Shown here piece by piece: positions 47,454 through 57,144 of a DNA stretch of 64,000 nt. The position numbers and the translations under genes are program-made. The DNA lies in IMG/VR virus record IMGVR_UViG_3300044957_001482, positions 1-64,000 of that record; one strand, 5' to 3'. Below the pieces are notes generated by a model, which was given only the letters and a program-made list of their open reading frames with translations, did not search any database and was not told where the DNA came from. Origin of the DNA: a virus (lineage: Duplodnaviria; Caudoviricetes). Positions within the stretch are counted from its first letter, which is position 1. Every line of letters starts with the position of its first letter.

Positions 47454-49213
47454 TTGACTTCTATGTCGGAACTATAATTGGTAAATCCGCCTTCTTTGAC
47501 CACACGCAAGATATTGTTCACACGCCCGACCAATTCGTCTCGATGACTTACTAGCCAAATTGATTTTTTACGATCTCGGCTTATCTTTTTCAATAACGAT
47601 AGAGAATTTTCCATGCCTGCAGTGTCCATGCCCGAATCAATTAATTCATCAATAAACAGGAGATTGATGGAGGAATACAAACTTTCCCACACATCACGGA
47701 ATGCCCAGCTCATTGACAGTATCAATCGATTGCGCTCGCCGCGACTCAAGTTATCAAAATCAAGATCGCGCCCTAGCTCTGAGATCTCGACTGTGAGATC
47801 GTTCTGGAATATGACCCGATGAGGCAATCCAATGCGGTCAAGATAATAAGTGAGACGAGAATTTAGATAGGAAAGATTTTGTTCGATGATTTTTTTGCGT
47901 ATGAACGAATCTTTGTTGGTGAGAAGCTTGAGCAAGAAGTCCTGGTGATCTTGCAGCCGAACAAGTTCGTTTAGCGAGTCATAGTCTACCACTTGCAGAG
48001 CCTGTTTCTGCATCTCTACGATTTGCTCACCGTAGGGATCAATTTCCCCTTGCCGCAGCGCAAGGTCTCGACGCAACTGATCTAGGCTGCTGCGATGATT
48101 CAGCGCCTGTTCTAGATCATCATAGAACACTGCGGGCATTGGACCAGCGATGCCCAGCCGAGCCAAGGCATCGGTATGTTCTGTTCGTTGGGTCTGATTT
48201 GCAAGTAGTTGCGCGACAGTGTCTTTGAGCTCGATCTGCTTGTTTTGTAGCAAGTCGTCCTGGTGATGGTCGTGCAGTTCGTGCCCGCAGGCGTGACACC
48301 GGCGTTCCTGTAATTTTTGTATATCCTTCCTGAGAGCAGCCTCGGCCTTGACAAGACGTGCCAGATCAAGGTCTATGCTGACAATCCATTTTTGTGCGTC
48401 CACACGCGCTGTAACAGCGCGGTTGTATTCGTCTAATGCACGGTGCGATCTGATTTCCTGATCGATATCGATATGCTCCAGTTGGTCTATAGCAGTCTGC
48501 AGTGCAACACAATCTTCTTGTTGCTTTTTGATCCACAGTGTCTGGCGCGTTTTAAGACTTTCGATCTGTTGTTCGATTCTACGATTGGCTTCCTGCAACG
48601 CTCGGATACGTAACTCTTCGGCAACAATGGTTTCCCTGGTAGAACGATTCAGCTCCTTGATACGTTCTGCTCGCTCGCTCAGCTGTGTAATGCCCAACAG
48701 TTGTTCGATGATTGCTCTCTGATCATTGGATTTGAGACTAAGAAACGGTTCGGTATAGGTATTTAGAGCTACAATGTGTCGGAACATGTCGTGGCTCATT
48801 CCTAGCAATGTGTCGATGGCAACCTGTGTTTCTCTGCTATCGCCTTGGCTGTCATCGGTTACCACTTGTTCCTGGTGGTTAACATAAAATCTGAGTACAT
48901 TGGGTTTGCGACCTCGTTCCACTCGGTATTCCTGTCCGTTGACAGAAAAATCAAGACTGACCAACATGTTCTTACCGTTGGTTTTGTTGATGAGATTGTC
49001 TCGACGGATGTTGGTCAGGGCCTGACCATACAGCGCGTAACTCAGTGCATTGATAATAGTGGTTTTACCGGTTCCGTTTCTCGATCCATCGCCACCGAGG
49101 TCTAGATTTTCTCCCAGCACCAACGTAAGATCCTGTCGGTCAAAATTAACAGTCTGCGATGCGTTGCCCACACTCATGAAATTTCGCACAATAAGATGTT
49201 TTATCTGAATCAT
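47447..49213 (-). CDS. Recombination ATPase gp46 (Rad50/SbcC)
   Basis: NGTGKTT Walker A, CHACG zinc hook, LSRGE signature, LFIDE, VSH. Confidence 0.93.
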   Translation of the reverse strand: MIQIKHLIVRNFMSVGNASQTVNFDRQDLTLVLGENLDLGGDGSRNGTGKTTIINALSYALYGQALTNIRRDNLINKTNGKNMLVSLDFSVNGQEYRVERGRKPNVLRFYVNHQEQVVTDDSQGDSRETQVAIDTLLGMSHDMFRHIVALNTYTEPFLSLKSNDQRAIIEQLLGITQLSERAERIKELNRSTRETIVAEELRIRALQEANRRIEQQIESLKTRQTLWIKKQQEDCVALQTAIDQLEHIDIDQEIRSHRALDEYNRAVTARVDAQKWIVSIDLDLARLVKAEAALRKDIQKLQERRCHACGHELHDHHQDDLLQNKQIELKDTVAQLLANQTQRTEHTDALARLGIAGPMPAVFYDDLEQALNHRSSLDQLRRDLALRQGEIDPYGEQIVEMQKQALQVVDYDSLNELVRLQDHQDFLLKLLTNKDSFIRKKIIEQNLSYLNSRLTYYLDRIGLPHRVIFQNDLTVEISELGRDLDFDNLSRGERNRLILSMSWAFRDVWESLYSSINLLFIDELIDSGMDTAGMENSLSLLKKISRDRKKSIWLVSHRDELVGRVNNILRVVKEGGFTNYSSDIEVKC

Positions 49214-49306
49214 TCTATTTTTATAGATTCCTATAGTGATAATACAAAAGTTCGATAACTGATTGTGATGTTCGCCGGGGGGGTCGTCGACAAAAATACA
49301 TTGCAA

Positions 49307-50824
49307 TTATACTTGATATCCCATTGCAGATGCAATTTCTCGATGAGTATCGGCAAACGTTTCATGTCTTCGTTGGTCAAGCATTGACATGTATTCCACG
49401 AATTCCTGACCGTTGCTACCGGCACTGGCTGATATTCTTTTTGCCAAATTTGAAAGTTCTTTGATATTGTGATTTTTATACTTGGAAACCACCAATTCCT
49501 TTGCTAAATCGGTCATGTAATCGACACAAAGATATGTTGGCTGGTCTAGATAGTTAAGAGTGATATTTAGATCTTGTTCGCTGGCCCAAAAAAACAATGA
49601 CTCGAGATACAAAACATTCTGTATGTTAACTGTTGGCATTATGTAAATGCGTAGTTGGCTGTCGGCCCAACTTTTTAACTTGTTGATATTGTCTTGTATT
49701 TCTTTCCAAGATCCGCCACGTTGCAATTCAAATCTTTGGTTGGTGTCATCGATGCTGACAGCTATGTCTACCGATTGAAATTTTTTTAACAATGGCATGA
49801 ATTTTTCTGGATAAACAGAACCATTGGTATTGATGTGTAGACGTATGTGATCACTGTCTCCGGACTGGATAGCCAGTTCTAAAAACAAATATATGTTTTT
49901 GAGCAACAACGGCTCGCCACCGTAAAAATCGATATTGATAAGGTTGGGCAACAGATTGATCAGTTGTTCGAGAAAATCTTTGTTGTGGTCAAACCATCTG
50001 CCCTGGTACAGTAAAGACAAAATTTCAGTTTTATCATCGTGTGCGGAGTATCTCAACTTTTCAACAGCGATACTCGAGCTGGAGGCCGGGGAACATATCC
50101 TGCATTTGAAATTGCAAATATTACCGGCCTTGATGTCAATGGATTGCAGCGTTGGATTGTCAATGAGCTCACTCAACAAATGTTGTCGATACAGACTCAA
50201 ATGATTTTGTCGATTGCTGGTCAGCCCATTTTTTTCAAGATTCCAGCAATGACTGCATCCAACCGGCTGCTTGCCGTCAGACAATTCTCGACGCAGAGCG
50301 GTAAGGCTGGTGCCGTGAAATATATTTTGCATGGTATCCGTGGATACCGAACCAATTTTGCCTTGATAAACACAACACGGTGCATAATGTCCGGTATTGC
50401 TAACAGCCAGGTGCATCCAGGGCATGGGGCAAAGGGTCTGTTCGTTGATCAAAAAATTGTCAGGCAATATTTTACCGGAATCTATGTCGTGAATTTCACA
50501 AACAATGGGCGACGAATCTGCATCACCGTATACTCGGTGGCTGAGATCAAACAGATGCTGAGTTGGCTCGCCGCAAAAAATCAATATAAAAAAATTGCTG
50601 ATATCTACAAGTTTGGCTGCCCGTTGTATATGATCGGCCAATTGCTGGCTTGGCGCATGTTGACAATAAAAAACAATACGTTCATTGTGTTGATACTCAA
50701 ATCGATGCAGGCTTGTTAATTTTCTATAGATAGACCCGGTGGACTGATTGATTGTAGACAGATCGATCGACTCGATGACCAAATATCTCGTTCCGATGTA
50801 ATCCGATACTCCTCTATTCATCAT
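49307..50824 (-). CDS. Radical SAM protein with SPASM/twitch domain, AT-rich
   Basis: CPMPW...PCC...CSHC; CNFKCRIC; FYGGEP. Confidence 0.85.
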   Translation of the reverse strand: MMNRGVSDYIGTRYLVIESIDLSTINQSTGSIYRKLTSLHRFEYQHNERIVFYCQHAPSQQLADHIQRAAKLVDISNFFILIFCGEPTQHLFDLSHRVYGDADSSPIVCEIHDIDSGKILPDNFLINEQTLCPMPWMHLAVSNTGHYAPCCVYQGKIGSVSTDTMQNIFHGTSLTALRRELSDGKQPVGCSHCWNLEKNGLTSNRQNHLSLYRQHLLSELIDNPTLQSIDIKAGNICNFKCRICSPASSSSIAVEKLRYSAHDDKTEILSLLYQGRWFDHNKDFLEQLINLLPNLINIDFYGGEPLLLKNIYLFLELAIQSGDSDHIRLHINTNGSVYPEKFMPLLKKFQSVDIAVSIDDTNQRFELQRGGSWKEIQDNINKLKSWADSQLRIYIMPTVNIQNVLYLESLFFWASEQDLNITLNYLDQPTYLCVDYMTDLAKELVVSKYKNHNIKELSNLAKRISASAGSNGQEFVEYMSMLDQRRHETFADTHREIASAMGYQV

Positions 50825-51837
50825 AGTGTGCGATAGATGTTCATTAGCAATTTTGGATCGTAAAATTCCGATTCAAGCCGGGCAATCTGATCGATCACAA
50901 TCTGATCCACGGATTCAAACTTTACATCACCGGGCGCCATATCTTCTTCCAGTGCAGATTGTTTGTTGGGCATAAGTGCTATCTCTTGCAATGCATATTT
51001 GCCAGCAAATGTTTCTTTAATATAATTGGCTTCCTCATAAGAAATTTCAATATCTAGCTGGACTCGGACATGCATCTTGGGTTTCAGTATTTGATCCCCG
51101 CGATCAATTAAGGTTGACAAGTCAAATACATTGTAAAGAGGCTGATCGGGCCAGGCATGATATTCGGGCTCCGCACCCCAAGGCAATATCATGCAACCAC
51201 GTTGGTCATCGCCGGCATCGGCAAAGTTATGGGGGAAACAGTTTCCAATGTAATTGATGTTGTTCTTGTGCTGACGTAGATGAAAATGTCCAGAAAAGAC
51301 TTTTCCAAACCCTCGAAAGTGCTCGGCCTTGATCTCACCATGATCGGGCATTTCGACCATGGCATTCATTTTAAAATGTGGTAATTCAAAATGACCAAAC
51401 ATATACTGACCGGACATTTTTTGGATTCGCTTGTGATCATCTCCTACCAGCCACGGCGCGATCACAACATCACCTTCGCGGAACCAATCATTGCATATGT
51501 GTATGTTGGGCAGGTGCTGTGCCCAGGAAGCTCCGTGTATGTCGCGCCGATCTCGATAGTAGAGATCGTGGTTGCCGGGAATGAAGAAAAATTGCGAAAA
51601 TGCCGATGACAATTTTTCTAGGCTCCTGAGGCTGAAATCCAGAGTATGCAAATTGATAGATGCTCGGTGATGATGCCAGTCGCCTAGAAATAGTCCGGTT
51701 TCGCATTCATGTTCTTGAGCCATTTCGATGACCCAATCAACAAATCGTTCACAGTCTTGATTGTGAACCACACTGTTTGATTTCAACCCAAAATGAATGT
51801 CAGTGAATGCGATTGCCTTACAAAACAAGTTTGCCAT
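50821..51837 (-). CDS. Recombination nuclease gp47 (Mre11/SbcD)
   Basis: FTDIHFG, LGDW, GNHD, SGHFH. Confidence 0.93.
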   Translation of the reverse strand: MANLFCKAIAFTDIHFGLKSNSVVHNQDCERFVDWVIEMAQEHECETGLFLGDWHHHRASINLHTLDFSLRSLEKLSSAFSQFFFIPGNHDLYYRDRRDIHGASWAQHLPNIHICNDWFREGDVVIAPWLVGDDHKRIQKMSGQYMFGHFELPHFKMNAMVEMPDHGEIKAEHFRGFGKVFSGHFHLRQHKNNINYIGNCFPHNFADAGDDQRGCMILPWGAEPEYHAWPDQPLYNVFDLSTLIDRGDQILKPKMHVRVQLDIEISYEEANYIKETFAGKYALQEIALMPNKQSALEEDMAPGDVKFESVDQIVIDQIARLESEFYDPKLLMNIYRTL

Positions 51838-51849
51838 GAGACGATTTCT

Positions 51850-52743
51850 TTATTCCTCTGAGGTGGTCACAGTCACAGCGCCTCTTCCAAACGGGTACTT
51901 CCCGGAGTTTTGTCGTGTCCAAGAAGGATTCAGTCCATTCATTTCCAAGATATCATCTCGGATGTTTTGATTTTTCTTTTCGATGTTGAGTATGCGAGTA
52001 AATGAATTGGTTATGGCCGCAGTATAGTAGGCAAAAGGATTTTGGCTCTTGGATTCGTCAAACTGCAGACCAATCTGACTGAGTTGCAGCAGCGCCTGAC
52101 CTCGCATTTCTTCGTTGTAGGTATAGCCACGCCAGTTCGATCTAGTGGCATAGCGTTCGCACAGTTTTATGAACATCTCGGCCAAGCGTCGCGTCATGGC
52201 GCCGTGATCCTTGGAAAATTCGCCGGTGTCTAGATCCCCGCGCCAGTGGCTTTTGCCCACGATGCAAGGCACGCGATCCTCGCGAATACGATAGTGCCAG
52301 AACGGAGGGAAATTCAAACGTATGTGTGTGGGATCCAATGTCGGCATGTCTGCTAACTCGGTCAGTGAATCATCCTCGAGGTCCTCGAGCTCCAGGATAT
52401 CCTCCACTGTGCGTTTTTTTGCCTGCGCCTTGGCGACTTTTTTGGCGGCCATGGGTATGTGATCCCACACCGTGACGCGAAACACAAGATCGGTATTGGC
52501 AATGCGTTTGGGATCTACGACTTCTCCGGTCTCGCGGCGGATGCGATCTGCTCGATTGCGTCGAGCCTCGGCCACAGTGCGTTGATTGATGCGATCCGCA
52601 GACGCCAGTATGATATCATATTGGTGATCCTGTGCTGGGTCTAGGAAGCTGCAGTAGGTATTTTTGCTGAGATGTATTTCTTTTAGTAGGTCACGGTTGT
52701 TGAGGTAGTTGACCTTGGGCCAAGGCCGAGTGTAATAAGTCAT
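51850..52743 (-). CDS. Late transcription sigma factor (gp55-like)
   Basis: NYLNNRDLL, NWRGYTY.EEM, FDESKSQNPFAYYT...F...IEKK; upstream of gp47/46. Confidence 0.8.
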   Translation of the reverse strand: MTYYTRPWPKVNYLNNRDLLKEIHLSKNTYCSFLDPAQDHQYDIILASADRINQRTVAEARRNRADRIRRETGEVVDPKRIANTDLVFRVTVWDHIPMAAKKVAKAQAKKRTVEDILELEDLEDDSLTELADMPTLDPTHIRLNFPPFWHYRIREDRVPCIVGKSHWRGDLDTGEFSKDHGAMTRRLAEMFIKLCERYATRSNWRGYTYNEEMRGQALLQLSQIGLQFDESKSQNPFAYYTAAITNSFTRILNIEKKNQNIRDDILEMNGLNPSWTRQNSGKYPFGRGAVTVTTSEE

Positions 52744-52855
52744 TGGTAGATGATCTCCAGAACATATACTTATTGTAACAGGTTTTGACAGTAGAACAAT
52801 AATTCTTAAACTGGGTATTTTACCAAAAGGTTAAATACATAATAGGAAAAATGTC

Positions 52856-53932
52856 ATGGCCGAAGAATCAGATTTTTTTTCAAAATTCCGTACCCGTAAA
52901 TCACCACGGCCTGTAAATACTGCCACAGATCCGGTGTTTGTAAGCCGAGCCCCCGAGGTCACGGTGACCGCGAGCGGTACTACTACCAGGTTTGATCAGC
53001 CAGATGCAGGCAGTACAACCACTGTAACAGAACCTGGTGTCCCCAGGTTGGTTGGTGGACCAGACCCGGAAGCACAACAGGCAGCCGAGGATAGGTCTGG
53101 CACGGCAAACGCACAACAACAGGCCGGCAACCAGCAAGGGCTCAACCAGACCACACAACGTGATTGGCGGGTCAGAATAGAGCTGGCGCCAGGGTCGGAT
53201 TATCTCTATCGCGCCGAAGATGCTGGTTCTGGTATCCTAAAGCCTCTGATAGCTACCAACGGCGTAATCTTTCCGTATGTTCCTGCCATTGCCACCAATT
53301 ACACCGCCAACTACGAAAAATATGAACTCACACACAGCAACATACGTGGCTATTTTTATAAAAATAGCCACGTAGGCGATATCACAGTGGCCGGCACATT
53401 CACTGCTCAGAACACGCAGGAGGCACAGTATCTCCTGGCAGTGATACATTTCTTTAGATCCGTGACCAAGATGTTCTACGGTCAGGATTCGAAGCGCGGA
53501 ACTCCACCACCCTTGGTGTATCTCAGCGGGTTCGGCGAATATCAGTACAACAATCATTCTTGCCTGGTCAGTAACTTCAACTACAATCTACCCAACACAG
53601 TTGATTACATACGAGTGAGTCCCAATAATCTTGGGTTGAGCCTGGCCGCTCGCAGACCGACCACAAGTTCAAATCCGTTTACCATCAACAGCATCGTGAG
53701 CCGTCTGCGGAATGCCACTCCAGGAGGATTACCACCGGGTGCCGAGCCCGGGCCTGTAAACTTTGGCATCGTGGAGCAAACACAATCGGGCACTGCAGAC
53801 ACTACCTATGTGCCCACGCGTATTGACATCACTGTGACCTTGCTGCCGTTACAGACTCGCAGCCAGGTCAGCCAGCAGTTCAGCTTGCGAAACTTTGCCA
53901 ACGGCAACGCCCTGCGTGGAGGATTCTGGTAA
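52856..53932 (+). CDS. Baseplate tube-cap protein (gp48-like)
   Basis: GVIFPYVP, HFFRSVTKMFYG, GTPPPLVYLSGFG, YVPT. Confidence 0.6.
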   Translation: MAEESDFFSKFRTRKSPRPVNTATDPVFVSRAPEVTVTASGTTTRFDQPDAGSTTTVTEPGVPRLVGGPDPEAQQAAEDRSGTANAQQQAGNQQGLNQTTQRDWRVRIELAPGSDYLYRAEDAGSGILKPLIATNGVIFPYVPAIATNYTANYEKYELTHSNIRGYFYKNSHVGDITVAGTFTAQNTQEAQYLLAVIHFFRSVTKMFYGQDSKRGTPPPLVYLSGFGEYQYNNHSCLVSNFNYNLPNTVDYIRVSPNNLGLSLAARRPTTSSNPFTINSIVSRLRNATPGGLPPGAEPGPVNFGIVEQTQSGTADTTYVPTRIDITVTLLPLQTRSQVSQQFSLRNFANGNALRGGFW

Positions 53933-54231
53933 TGGCTACCTATGATGCCACCAGTCCATACTATCTCACTTCGTACAGCCAATTTTTCTTGGATGTCATG
54001 GACAATCGTCCCATACCCAAGCAGAACGATGACATTCTGTTTTCCATCAACTTGACCTACCAATATCGTCCTGATCTCTTGGCCTTTGATCTCTACGGAA
54101 CACCAACACTATGGTGGGTATTTTACCAACGCAATCCCGACACACTCACTGCGCCTCCGTTGGATTTTGCTGTGGGCACAAGCATCTATCTGCCCAAACT
54201 CGGTACATTGAAATCGATCCTGGGGTTCTAG
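53932..54231 (+). CDS. Baseplate wedge protein (gp53-like, LysM-type)
   Basis: YRPDLLAFDLYG...LWWVF...N...IYLP. Confidence 0.8.
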   Translation: MATYDATSPYYLTSYSQFFLDVMDNRPIPKQNDDILFSINLTYQYRPDLLAFDLYGTPTLWWVFYQRNPDTLTAPPLDFAVGTSIYLPKLGTLKSILGF

Positions 54232-54234
54232 TCG

Positions 54235-56934
54235 ATGGCTCTTCCTGTTGTTCCCCAAACCCAAGACAACGGTAATCTAGACACAGGAACCAATCCACCG
54301 ATCACTCCACTGTTTGTAAGCCAAACCCCCGAGGTCACGGTGACCGCGAGCGGTACTACTACCAGGTTTGATCAGCCAGGTGCAGGCAGTACACGCACTG
54401 AATTTGTCAACGAGGCCGGTGAGGTAACTGCTGTCACCACGTCTTTCCCGGTGACTCGTACGGACGAGACTGTTACCAATCGTGACCAACAGACCGAGCG
54501 CATAGATCCTCAACCCAATGTACTCAGTAGATTTAGCAGCTATACCTATGCTGCATCGGTATATCTCTTGACTCCCCAGCAGTTTGAAGTGTATCAAGAG
54601 CAAAAAAAGAAAAATGTCAATGGCTACTATTTGCTGTTCCAGAGCGGCGGTGCGCCGCCCAATGTGCAAGGTCCCCAGACCAGCACGCAACGCTCGGCAC
54701 AGACCAACATCAATGGTGCGATCTCCGGCGGGCAGATCGAACCAGCCACCATCCAGCCCGACGGTCGCAATCCATATTTCGCTGACGATTTTTACATAGA
54801 CACTATCACCATTGAGAATTTTCTGCCAGGCCGGGCCACACGAAGCGCACACTCAGTGTCGACGTTGAAGTTCACGGTGATCGAACCCAACAATATCACT
54901 TTGATCGATCGACTGTATCTGGCAGTGAAAAATTCAGCACCACTAAACCCTGCGGGCATAGTAAACTATAGCGCGGCTGTGTATCTCATGGTCATTAGAT
55001 TCTACGGGTACGATGCCAACGGCAACATGCAGATCGTGGGCGCAGCTGATGCCCAGACCGGGCTCACTGATCCCAGTGCTGTGATTGAAAAATTCATACC
55101 ATTCAGGATCACCCAAATCAACTGGGAGATCGGCAGCAATCTGGTCACATATGAATTAAACTGCGTAGCCCTCGGTCTGCAGGTGGCCGGTGGAACTCGC
55201 CGCGGCACCATACCGGCTGATGTTGAACTGTCCGGGTCGACCGTGGAAAGTCTCCTCCGAGGCGAAGTGATCTACAGCACTGCGCAGGCCCCGACTGCTG
55301 CACCGGGCGGAACTACCACTGCGGCACGCACCAATCAAGCAGCCAATGGCAGCATTGGCGGTGGCCGGCCTGTGAACACTCCACCGGCCCCGCTCAAGGC
55401 CGATGCAGCGCCCACTCCACGTCGGGTCATACGCCAGGGCTTGATCGCGGCCATGAACGAACTGCAACAGCAGTATGTTCGCGAAGGCAAGGTTACCTAC
55501 GCGGATGAGTACGAACTCGTGTTTGCCAATGGGGCCGAGACCATTGCCGCGGCCACCATAGCCAAGCCCGGTCGCAAGGTCAACAAATCAGCCACGGCCA
55601 CGCCTCGGGGCACACAGGACACCCAAGTCAACAGTCCTGACAAACAAAACGTAGACATGACCACACGCAACTGGCCGATCACAGCCGGCATGCAACTGCT
55701 ACAGGCCATAGAAAAGATCATTCGAAACAGCAACTATATCACAGACCAAGCCGAGCAAGTACGCACAGAAAGCACCGGCACTACCGAACCCAACCCCAAG
55801 AGTGCCAGCGAAACCTTTAGCTGGTTTAACATCTTGACCACGGCCACTCAGCTGCAATTTGATCCCTTGCGAAACGATTATGCCTATCGGGTAAAATACA
55901 CCGTGGTACCCTATCGTGTGACCGATTTCCGGAGTGTGTATTTTTCCGAGACCAAATTTCTGGGCGTGCACAAACGCTATCCCTGGTGGTTCACTGGGCT
56001 CAACACCGAAGTTCGAGAATACCGAGCCAAATTCAACTCTCTCTACCATGAAACGGTGACGCTCGGCAATCTCGCCGGCAATGGCCTACAGGCTTATCGA
56101 GAAAAATTTTCAAACAGTGGAGTGGTCATACCGTTTCTACAGGTACAGGCTCGCAGCACGGAATCGCAGCAAGGTGCCGAAGGCGGAGCCAACGAATTGG
56201 CAGCATCGGCAGCTGAGTATCTCTATTCAGCGTCAGACAATGGCAACGTGAGTCTGCGCATACTGGGCGACCCGGCCTGGATTCTACAGGGCAGCGTGAC
56301 CGGGGCGGTGGATGAGGGCAGCATCAACTATTCGCCATTCGAGCCCGATGGTAGCATCAATTTTGAAACCAATGATGTGTTGTTTGAGATTGTGTGGCAA
56401 CGTCCTGAAGATTACGACCTACAGACCGGACTGGCTGATCCTTACAGCCGCACTTCGCGACAGTTTGGCACTCGATTGCCTCTGCAGAGTGTGATATATC
56501 GAGCCACGAAAACCAACAGCGAATTTCGGCGCGGCAGTTTTGAAACTGTGGTCGAAGGTACCTTGTATCAATATCCAGTGCCCGATAGTGCTGCAGCCAC
56601 GGTGTCAGGACGAGCCACCAGGGCCGCTGCTGGAGCACAAGACCGTGCACGCCAGAGTGTCTCTTCCGTTGACAATGCAGGTTCAGAATCCTCCAACGTA
56701 GTTTTGCGATCCGCAGTGTTGAGCAGCAACGGAGCAGGTCCAGTGGTAGCACCCGCGTCGCCGGGAGCCCAGACCGACGCAAGACCATCCACCGGGCAGC
56801 TCGATCAGTCGGGCACAGATTTCTACGATAGAGTTCGGGAAGCACCCGCGTCGCCGGGAGCCCAGACCGGCGCAAGACCATCCACCGGGCAGCTCGATCA
56901 GCCGGGCACAGGTTTCTACGATAGATTTCGGTAG
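54235..56934 (+). CDS. Baseplate hub protein (gp27-like)
   Basis: NVLSRFSSYTY, FTVIEP, LRILGDPAW; position between gp53 and gp5. Confidence 0.55.
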   Translation: MALPVVPQTQDNGNLDTGTNPPITPLFVSQTPEVTVTASGTTTRFDQPGAGSTRTEFVNEAGEVTAVTTSFPVTRTDETVTNRDQQTERIDPQPNVLSRFSSYTYAASVYLLTPQQFEVYQEQKKKNVNGYYLLFQSGGAPPNVQGPQTSTQRSAQTNINGAISGGQIEPATIQPDGRNPYFADDFYIDTITIENFLPGRATRSAHSVSTLKFTVIEPNNITLIDRLYLAVKNSAPLNPAGIVNYSAAVYLMVIRFYGYDANGNMQIVGAADAQTGLTDPSAVIEKFIPFRITQINWEIGSNLVTYELNCVALGLQVAGGTRRGTIPADVELSGSTVESLLRGEVIYSTAQAPTAAPGGTTTAARTNQAANGSIGGGRPVNTPPAPLKADAAPTPRRVIRQGLIAAMNELQQQYVREGKVTYADEYELVFANGAETIAAATIAKPGRKVNKSATATPRGTQDTQVNSPDKQNVDMTTRNWPITAGMQLLQAIEKIIRNSNYITDQAEQVRTESTGTTEPNPKSASETFSWFNILTTATQLQFDPLRNDYAYRVKYTVVPYRVTDFRSVYFSETKFLGVHKRYPWWFTGLNTEVREYRAKFNSLYHETVTLGNLAGNGLQAYREKFSNSGVVIPFLQVQARSTESQQGAEGGANELAASAAEYLYSASDNGNVSLRILGDPAWILQGSVTGAVDEGSINYSPFEPDGSINFETNDVLFEIVWQRPEDYDLQTGLADPYSRTSRQFGTRLPLQSVIYRATKTNSEFRRGSFETVVEGTLYQYPVPDSAAATVSGRATRAAAGAQDRARQSVSSVDNAGSESSNVVLRSAVLSSNGAGPVVAPASPGAQTDARPSTGQLDQSGTDFYDRVREAPASPGAQTGARPSTGQLDQPGTGFYDRFR
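56748..56931. repeat. 93-bp tandem duplication at the 3' end of the hub gene
   Basis: Units start at 56748 and 56841 (APASPGAQTxARPSTGQLDQxGTxFYDR). Confidence 0.9.
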
Positions 56935-56957
56935 ATCTGACCAATGGAGACAATGCC

Positions 56958-57140
56958 ATGCTGCTTGAAGACCCCAAACAGACTGCTGCCAGCAACGGAG
57001 ATATCACTTCCAGAACTGCCATCATCAGTGGTGTTACCGTTGAGGAAGGTGTTGCGGGCGCAGGCCGACTAACATCCTTCCAGAAGGATCAGGTCTATGT
57101 TTCACTAAACTCTCCGCAACGACTAAACAAGGATATGTAA
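56958..57140 (+). CDS. Small ORF, possibly the detached C-terminus of the hub protein
   Basis: -1 frame open from 56925; ends just before gp5. Confidence 0.35.
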   Translation: MLLEDPKQTAASNGDITSRTAIISGVTVEEGVAGAGRLTSFQKDQVYVSLNSPQRLNKDM

Positions 57141-57144
57141 TTGC

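Noticed and set aside
52935-54393. Diversity-generating retroelement TR/VR pair (an Mtd-N domain is also present at 415-1071)
   Set aside because: No reverse transcriptase in the window; both copies are coding and N-terminal; the three A/G mismatches run in both directions
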